The position numbers were made by a program, and so were the translations under genes. The notes under the pieces are model-generated. The model worked only from the letters and a program-made list of their open reading frames with translations. It searched no databases and was not told where the DNA came from. A stretch of 62,410 nucleotides of DNA, filler included, from Choristocarpus tenellus KU-1152 (lineage: Eukaryota > Protista > Phaeophyceae), in NCBI GenBank assembly GCA_964200185.2. It is 7 parts of 7 records of this genome, joined end to end, with 100 filler letters (N's around TTAATTAATTAA, not from the genome) between each part and the next. Parts side by side here need not be neighbours in the genome. Positions count along the whole stretch, not along the records: positions 53,274 to 62,410 come from CAXNAD020003951.1; 6 more parts are not named here. One strand, written 5' to 3'. Position 1 is the stretch's first letter. Each line of letters opens with the position of its first letter. Of this stretch, positions 53,727-62,410 are shown in pieces.

Positions 53727-56700
53727 ATGGTGCGTAATTCTGCACTCGCTGTGGCTGTGGTAGCATGCACCACAGCGTCATGCACAGCTTTCATGGGCAC
53801 ACCAGTTAACCGCGTTTCTATGGGTTCGGGGTCTGCTGTAACCATGTCCATGAAGGGGGCCGGCAAGTCCCAGTCTTCATTCCGCAGTGCTGCACGGGCC
53901 TTCATCACCAAGGTGCAATGATACCTTTTCGCCGACCCAAGTCTTTCACTCTATTTTGATGTCTGGATTGGGGAAGGACGATCCACCACTCACTTGCACA
54001 TGAATCAGACGCTGCTTCAGTCGTGTTTCAAGAAGGATCAGTTCAACAGTTGCTCGAACCCTCAAGATAGCAACCATACGTGTCTGCAGATAGATAGGCT
54101 CGACTACTCAATTCACCAGAATGACCATGCTACGATCGAATTTAGGCTCTCTTCAGCAAGCCGGGAAGCAACAACGGCAAGAACTTGGGAAGTAACGGCG
54201 ATGGCGGGATGATTGGAGGAGGAAACGGAAACGGCGATGGAGGTATGGGCCAAGGATCTTTCTTCCAGGATGGCGATGGCGACATGGATAACCTCCTGAT
54301 GCTTGGTGTACTTGGGAGCATCGGCAGCGCGGCCTCTGACGTGTGGGACTCTTACAACACTGCCCTGGGCGAGAAGCCCATCCTCGTCAAGGCGAGTCCT
54401 TCATAGTTAACGCCATTAGATCATTCTATCAGAATAAAAGTGCATCACACCAGGTCCTGCAGCCCTATGGGAAGGTGTTGTATGACGCAGTGCATGATCA
54501 ACTTTTTTCGTACAACTACAGGCCTCAATCGTTTGCACATACGATCTAACTGTTCAAATGAGACACCGGAGAGGAAGTGTCAGCAGTGCACCACAACAAG
54601 TCGTTCGTTCCTTTGACTTGCTGGATTGATACGTCTGTCTATCTTTTGTGCGAGGAGATTGATGTTGAGTTACGTACCTGCTTTGTTGACGGTAGGAGTC
54701 AGGTTTGTTGAGATGCAACAGAATATCTGTGAAATTTTTCATGCGTGCCCTTTTGTAGTGGAGTGTAAGATCTGCACAAAGATTGTTGGAAGAGATTGGA
54801 GGAGACTCAACACAGTTCCAAGTCGAAAGGGGAATGGTAGATCTGGGGAGGCAAAATTGACATTGACTTGGCGAGATCAAGCCCAAGTCCGAGCCTTGAC
54901 GGGAAAAGACAGCAATAGTTTCCACTGCAGGATAGTAGTGCATTTTATTACCAACAAGACTGACTAACCTAGTGGTGCCAACTTTTAGAAGAACAATCTA
55001 GAAATACTTCTAACATAATGGATGATTTCCTAGTAAAGAGGCCTAGATCCATTGATCTGTTCTACCCTTGAGGATAGTATCTGTGCAGGTGTGCTTTCCT
55101 TTCCTTTCCTTTCCTGTTCCTAGGCATACCACTGATGCCTATGACGCCCCCTGAATATGTGCTTGCTTTTAGCACTTGCCTTGCTGTCGTACCCTGTCCC
55201 CACACCTGCAATTCATTATCTCAATGTCAATGACCACACAAGAACTTCGATACCATCCTACAACTTCCTGACAATATTGGGCTGGTGTTGTGTTGGTGTG
55301 CAATTGTTCCTGTACATGTCAGGCGTGCACATCTCTTGTGGGATTCTCTGTGGGTGACTACATGGCTCAGAAGTACATGTCAAATGATGCTTTCTCCTAT
55401 GAGCGCCTGGCACGCATGGCTGCATTTGGTTTCCTTTTCCACGGCACCATCTCCCACTTCTTCTACAACGCCCTTGACGAGGTCATCCCTGGCAAGTCAA
55501 CCCTGACTGTGATCAAGAAGGTGAGTTGAGTCGTGTGTCCTTTGCTTTTAGTCTCAAAGGTCCTGACCCTAGTCCAACCCCCCCCCCCTTGACTTGATTG
55601 ACTGTCTACCTTGAATATATGCAATTGAGCAAAATGAGATTTTTTGTATTTGGTGATTGCAGAAAAGAGGTATTGTGGGATCAAAGCCCTTGTACTGTAT
55701 GTGCACGCAGAGGACGCACCTTCACCATTCAACACTTGGAATGGTAGTAGCCAACTTAGGGCTAGGGCTAGCTTGGGTTGAGCGGGATGACCATCCCTGT
55801 GTTTTTTTATTATTTATTTATTATTTTATTTTGTCCGTGCAATGTTGAGGTTGTACAGACATTCAATGTATTGGGTATGTACATTTTCGAACCTATATTG
55901 TCAGGTATCAAATATTGTTTTGGTAGAAGTGATGGGATACCAGATATCAATGATAGTTGTTTCATTGAAGCATACTGTATTGGTTAACAGTTTGCAGTGA
56001 TAGTATGCAATGTCCATCCTGCCGGTGATTTTTTTTCATGTATGCCATTGTGTCATGCCATGATCTAATGTCACATCAGATTGTTTCAAGATTTGGGTAT
56101 GTAAGTTGAATGCAATAAGTACTGGATGCACTGAAACAAGTGGTGGAATTGTCACAGGAACTCAATCTTTTTTGCAAAATTGAAGGCTGAGGGATCAAAT
56201 CCTGAATGGACCACTTTCTCCACTAGGAGAATAGGAATCCAGGAATGGGCTCAAGGGAAATACAACATAAATATTGAGATAGGGCACTTGAGGAGAGTGT
56301 GATTACCGGGGTGATGGCCCAGACTATTCTGGTTTAGATCCACAGCCTCTGATTCTGTTAAAACATTAAAATTTCATGTGATTAGGGCAGTCACCATACA
56401 GTAGTGTCTTCATAATTTACTAAGACTAGTACTGTACCACTCTGTGAGACTACCTCGTGATGTGTGATAAGGTTAGGGTTGTTGCAATTCTGTGTGGCAC
56501 TGCTCTATCCTAGTGATCTGTTGGAGTCAACGTGGTGGTGCAAGAGGGGCTGGAGTGTGCAATCCAGTTTACTATTTTTAGAAGGTTACTAGTTAATAAC
56601 AGGTCTACAAGGGTGGGAACATGAAGTCTCGGCTCTGTTGTGTCTCAGTGTTCACTGGTGCTTTGGTTTTTTAGAGTGTCTGTCCTTCTGAGAATGTACT

Positions 56701-57426
56701 CTACTTTGTGCTTAAATAGTTGTACAAAGCAATGTAGTAGTGGGTTGCTATTTGTGAACACACACCTCTCAAACAGACTCCAAGGAGTGCCAAGAGTATG
56801 TGTAACTATGGCTCATACCTTTTTTGTTATAGGCGGTTACTATTTGCCATTTTTATATTTTACTTAAATATGCAGCTTTTGTAGGGCAAAGACTGAGGAG
56901 GATCTGGTATCCCTAGTATCTTCAAGTGATCCATACTATCGGTTTTGTCTGGTTTGAAAATCCAATAAGAGCACAACCATATGTGATGTCCTTCCCCTCA
57001 TACACTATCATTTGATCATCCCAACGCCCCCTTCAAAAATTCAAGCCAAAAGGGGTTTTCATTCCTGTTCAGATCAACCTTTTCATAGACATACTCTCCC
57101 ATGGACCTTTTCACTAACCCCTCCCTTTGCACATTTCCAATCCAACATACACACTTCTCCAGGTGGCCATTGACCAGGTCCTGTGGGCGCCCATCTTTAC
57201 ACTCATCTTCTTCACCTGGATTGGTGTGACATCAGGCAGCACCCCTTCTGAAATTGGCACCAAGATCAAGAATGACCTCGTCAAGGGTGTGGTTGGTTCT
57301 TGGACAGTGTGGCCCATTGCACATGCCATCAACTTCCGCTTTGTTCCAACTGAGCAACGCCTCCTATACATTAACACAATCCAGATCTTCTACAATGTAT
57401 TCCTGTCCATCATTGGATCCAAGTAA
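53727..57426 (+). CDS. Mpv17/PMP22 family membrane protein with bipartite plastid-targeting presequence (complete, 4 exons)
   Basis: Exons 53727-53912 (MVRNSALAVAVVACTTASCTA-FMG), 54146-54391, 55323-55520 and 57163-57426. Family motifs: YNxAL..KPILVKACTS..GF..GD..AQ, RLARMAAFG, HFFYNALD, KVAIDQVLWAP, WTVWPIAHAINFRFVP..QRLLYIN. Confidence 0.92.
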
Positions 57427-59299
57427 TACTAGTCCGTACTGGAATCTGTGCCACCCTGGGAAGAGGAAAGAGAGGGAGGTGATTTTTTTCCCAGGAGGTT
57501 CCCCAACAAGGGTGATACAAGGCCATTTATGTGGTTTTGTGCTTTGGGTGTCTCTCCTCACCTGAGCGAAGGATAAGGCTTTTGAATGTACCAGGTGTTT
57601 AATTTGCTGGGCAATATATACTTTAGAGAGAGGTAATACTGAGCTAAGAAACTGGTGTAACAATGGATAAGGAGTTGTCAGTGAGCCAAGGGCCTCAAAG
57701 CCACCATATAGGTTTCATAAACTGGGCTACCTGTGGTTGCAGGCTCAGTGTAGATGAGTTTTTTTACCAGTGCTGACTTGGATTTAGTGTTGCTGGGATT
57801 AGGAACCTGTGGCATAAGAGAGCGTGAAATAACATACTGGTATCAGTAAGAACTCATCAGGAGTCTGCTGTTCTGAAAGATGCCATTACAGGATATTCTG
57901 ATATGAAACTTTACAGTAGTAAATGTATCTGTTTCACTTGTAAAGAAACCGATGAGATGCTTCTTCTCCCACAGATATTATCCATATTCTTTGGACAACT
58001 TGTTGTGCCACATCATCTGACAACATAAAAAAAATAACTCTCGTGAAGTTCAGAGGATCTACTTTTTGGGGAACTCAAAGATCAACAGACAACACGAGCA
58101 AGTTGCCCTTGTGAAGTCCCACTACGTCAGATCAGAAGAACCTTTCAAGTGCAAATAGAAATTACTTGGAGGTTACGAATAACCTACCATTCCCATTATA
58201 CATTTGATCAAAAAAGCTAAGGTCAAGAAGGCCATCCTTGCACTGTGTTACTTTTGTGTTGTGTGATCCAATTGCCTCCAACTGCAAAGCAGAAAAAGTA
58301 AATGATAGGTACCCAGAGCTGCATTTTAAGGTTGCTGACAATCGTGTCGAGTTTTCTGAATTCAGTTGAAAATTCTCCAACAATGGAGAAATCAACCCTC
58401 TCACGTCAAACTTCAGCAATTCATCCATCAAAATATGAGCGAATTGCGAAAGATTGAAAAAAGCTGACTAAAAATGCAATAACGGCCAAAATCTGGGTAA
58501 CTCTAGTTTGCTTTGAATCAGTCCAGGAAAACATGTGAATCAGTTTTGAGCATTGGTGTATCTATTGGAAAGGAGGTGGTGGTCATTCTCTACTTCTCTT
58601 TTCACATTATCGATGGAGTGTATGTAGATGTATGAAGCGTAAACAGTTGTACACTTCCATCGTGCATAGTTTGATCATTGTGATGTATTGAGTCCATGAT
58701 CAGTAGTCGTGCCTCATGTATGAAGTTTGAATATTTCGTGCAGTTCTCGATAGTAATAATCAAGGACAGCCTAAGTCCCGTCTACGTTTCAGGTAGTATA
58801 CTCAAGAAACATAAATGAGCATGATAGTGAGGTTTCTGGTTGGTCACATTGCAGGGTCATAATGTGACCATTCCACGACCAATGACGTTTTTATCCCTTT
58901 GACCATACTTGGAAATAAGGATGGAATGTTTTCATCGGTCACTACTTGTGTTCCTATTTGAAGGTGCTTCACGGTCATCTCTACACCTCCAAACTGTGCA
59001 ACAGGGAACCTCTTCTCGAAACAGAGTGCAGGAAGGGTCTGTATGGGTCAAGCGATCAGGGGCGTGTGGAGTCTCTCTTTTCAAGTCAAGAGACCAGACA
59101 GAGTGGGCCAATCACTCTTCATAGTAACCCATGTTTTGTAGTTTTAAAAATCAAGAATGTGTCTGGTAGTGAGGAAGAGCTGCAAATAAGAGGAACTCCA
59201 AAAAAAAAATCCTGTCCATTTTCATGAGCAGGGGACCTTCTCGCCTTGTAGTCTTGATTATATCCACATCGAAAGTTCTCAATGCAATTCGATACAGTG

Positions 59300-60050
59300 T
59301 ATTGTACTTTCCAAACTTTTCGATTCACCCCACTCACACAGTGCTCGTGCCTTATTTTATGGCGTGAAACAAGAACAGTTCTCACCGTCGCAGCACTTGT
59401 AAAGCACAACAACAGTACATACCAAGGTATAGCTTCTATTAGGAAATAAATCCTCCGTGCCTATCTGCACCATTTGGTCATGTCATGAGCAGCAAACAGC
59501 TGTTGCCTTACACTGTGACCACCAAGAAATCTTCACTGAACAGCCGATTTCAAAAATTGAGGATGGAGCTTTTCATTGTCCATTAAAAAAAACAAACATA
59601 TCGACACTTTATCCCAGTCAATTTTGGGTCAAGCCCATCCTCAATGAAAAGCTCCATCCTCAATTTTTGAAATCAGCTGTTACTGGTCATAAACTACTGC
59701 TGGCATGGGGGCCACCTATATATAGAAATCTATATACAGTACATTGGAACCGGATGGACTTATGAAATGAAGACACGGTATTTTGATTATCACACCAAGG
59801 AGAAGAGTGACAAGAAGTGGTTTTCTCCAGTAAATCTACCGCACATGAGAAAAGTGATATGCAAATTCATTCCACTAGTCACAGACAATGACTGTGCTGG
59901 GTATGGTGAGCTGATAGATGGCAACATCCAGATGACAGTGATGAAGTTACCACCAAACTACATCATCTAACGCCAACCAATCGACCAGGGTGCCACTGCA
60001 GCCTAGAAAATCTATTGCACAAGAGGATGGATCTGCTTAATGTCCGCGTG
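59300..60050 (+). pseudogene. Decayed pogo/Tc5-type (DDE_1) transposase
   Basis: KFIPLVTDNDCAGYGELIDGNIQMTVMKLPPNYII*RQPIDQGATAA*KIY matches the DDE_1 motif LLxDNxxxH...LPPNxTxxxQPLDQG. Upstream, IFTGHKLLLA is restored after removing the MITE at 59539. Contains stops and frameshifts. Confidence 0.75.
59539..59681. mobile_element. Foldback MITE family C with 4-bp TSD
   Basis: ~40-bp TIR AACAGCCGATTTCAAAAATTGAGGATGGAGCTTTTCATTG ... CAATGAAAAGCTCCATCCTCAATTTTTGAAATCAGCTGTT, flanked by ACTG/ACTG. Confidence 0.85.
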
Positions 60051-60174
60051 TCCAGTGATGATGTCACCAGCATCTAGTAGCAGGCACACTAGGAGCAAAA
60101 AATGGTTTTGGAGGCGGCTGGTTTGGGTGAGGACCACGACACCCACATTCTGATTGTTGTTGAGATCATACCCA

Positions 60175-60431
60175 GAGTGAAACTATCTTAGAGGGTACGA
60201 ATTTTGCCCTGTTTGTCCATTTGGGGCTTGGCTTCCCATGGGTATGTTTATGACATTTTCCTACTCAAAATGTTTAGGATCAGGTAAAATGTGTACGTTA
60301 TGAAAAAATGTGTCCGAAACATAGATATTGGCACGCCCTAATAGACACGATAGTCAAAATTACATCAAAATCGAACATTGTATTTTGACCCCCAAATGGA
60401 TGCGGCTCTACCCACTAAGATACTTCGGCTC
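60175..60431. mobile_element. MITE family A, complete copy
   Basis: GAGTGAAACTATCTTAGAGGGTA ... TACCCACTAAGATACTTCGGCTC with 3-bp TSD CCA/CCA. Confidence 0.85.
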
Positions 60432-60977
60432 CCAGGTCTTAAGAAGAACTCGCCTGGCAAACAAAAGGAATCCCTACACCTTACCCTGCCAGTGTCCTCG
60501 CTACCCTAGTGACAAAAATTTCCCTCCTCCCCCAAGTCATGTTTCCATTGTTCTCTTGTTTTACCATCATCAGTACATTTCCCTACCCAATAATAGTATG
60601 GTGACATATTCGAACCCTGGCCAACACGAATGCTGTCGAAAGAAAACATGCTTTAACCCTTCAAGCAAACTGACCTCGCAGTAGCTGTCAGTAAGGGTGT
60701 GCTACATGTTGAGCAACCAAGATGTTCAGGATCTTTAAGGACTACTTAGAGTCTTAGTGTTGAGTGTGGACATTCAACAAGGGCAGTGACGGAAGCTATG
60801 ATGCCAACTATGAGGAGTCATTAGAAGTCCTTCACACGAAAGATGGCGAGCCCTCCACCACCAACGGCGTCACCAAGGCTCAATCAGGAAATATGACCCA
60901 TTCTACTTGTAGAAACGTCAGGAGGGTGTAGCTGAGGCCTTCGATGAGGACTGAGGCAGACCTAGTGGAAGAGAGAT

Positions 60978-61159
60978 AACAGCAGATTTCAAAAATTGAG
61001 GATGGAGCTTTTCATTGAGGATGAGCTTGAACCAAAATTGACTGGGATAAAGTGTCGATATGTTTTTTTTTGTATTGTCATTAATAAAAAATACATATCG
61101 ACACTTTATCCCAGTCAATTTTGGGTCAAGCCCATCCTCAATTTTTGAGATCTGCTGTT
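60978..61159. mobile_element. Foldback MITE family C, near-fully palindromic copy
   Basis: AACAGCAGATTTCAAAAATTGAGGATG ... CATCCTCAATTTTTGAGATCTGCTGTT flanked by AGAT/AGAT. Internal arms AAAATTGACTGGGATAAAGTGTCGATATGT / ACATATCGACACTTTATCCCAGTCAATTTT. Confidence 0.85.
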
Positions 61160-62410
61160 AGATGTAGTTTGTGCTGCAACCACTACAAGTAAGCGAGGAT
61201 GCTGTGGCGGGAGGTAGAGGTTCTGAAGATGATGCCGACACAAGGGTTAGTGACGGTGGCGCAGGCAAAATCGTGTTCTACCTCTGTTTCTTTGTTGTTG
61301 AATGGCACCAAATTTTCTTGAATAAATTACACATAAGAGGACCAGAGAAAGTAGACAAATTAGAACATGTATGTGCTTTGTTACACAGGGTAAGCATACA
61401 TATATACATTTGTTGTGCTTAAGCTTGGATACCTGCACAACCGATGTTACACATCACAGTTTGTTGACATTAGGGGTGTTATCACTTACAATGAATATCT
61501 GGGGTCGTGCATTTGCTGGACAACATACAATACGAACGATTACCACAACGAACAGAGGGAGTACGTATAGTTGGGCCCAGGTACGAGGCAGTGATTAAAC
61601 AGACAGGGTCAACCGCCTGATATTAGGCCTTGCCTTATATCAGTTCAGGACGGTATAGTACTTCAGTATACATATTATTCTGCCTCCGAGATTTTGGAGA
61701 TTTGTTCGGGAAAACCAAAATCACCATGTCACAAGGTCTACAGTAAATATACCAGTTGTCGTCAATCCTAAGATACCTCTGTTAAATTTCGTTACTATTT
61801 GAAAACTAACAATATTACAATGTCTTTTAAAGGTTGTTCACTACAAAGCAACATGTAAACTGCCATACTTCAGCGCTTCAGTATCCTGCATAAGGCAGTA
61901 CTGTCTTATAACATACCTGATACAGGGCAGAAACAACCCTGTATACAGCCCACCTTCAGCTAAGCTAGGTTAGAGGCATAGAAATGTACACATTACTTTA
62001 TAGCAAATAATGTTCAAATGGACATCATTGTACTGTTGGTTTTCAAATAGTACGCGTTTTTTAGGGAGGTGTCCTAGCATAGAGAACAGTAATATATTGA
62101 TATATATTTTCAGTAGTCCTTGTGACAAAGTTTTGGTTGTTGTACGTGCACTTTGTATGCAAAGTTGACTATTTAGTATGTTACAGTACTATTTAATGTC
62201 CAACAATTTCAGATTTTGTATCTCAAAAAATTGAAGGGTGCCATTTTTTTGGGACTTTTTGGTTTCTGGACATTGGAAACGTACAAGATCAATTAAGTAT
62301 GTCCTACTACCACCTTCGGCATGGTTTCCCATTCAAAAAGGGGCCCTTAAAAAGTGCCCCAACATTTACAATAAAAGACATATCGGCACTTTTTCCGCAC
62401 CATTTTCGGT

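Noticed and set aside
1-62410. Most short ORFs in the supplied six-frame track; tRNA, rRNA or snoRNA genes
   Set aside because: The ORFs are antisense or intronic chance frames in an intron-rich genome. No structured RNA gene was recognisable by eye.

Overview
Eukaryotic, intron-rich nuclear DNA from a photosynthetic stramenopile, most likely a brown alga or close relative. The evidence is long GT-AG introns, bipartite signal-peptide+Phe plastid presequences and a flagellar gene. The window is not one locus. It is seven contigs joined by six artificial 100-nt linkers (N-run + TTAATTAATTAA + N-run). Genes reconstructed by hand: the 3' end of a Sel1-repeat protein, about 28 exons of the flagellar protein CFAP47, Rrp15 (minus strand), a 9-exon unknown multi-pass membrane protein, a partial plastid-targeted protein, and a complete plastid-targeted Mpv17/PMP22 protein with a GC-AG intron. 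The rest is transposon debris: two abundant MITE families with the same termini and 3-bp TSDs, a foldback MITE with 4-bp TSDs, a decayed pogo-type DDE_1 transposase and RTE-like LINE fragments. There is also an unidentified ~4-kb decayed coding island. The most interesting signals are CpG depletion in gene bodies with CpG-rich 5' ends, the MITE system, the unknown membrane protein and the decayed island. I cannot establish a clearly novel multi-gene system from the sequence alone.
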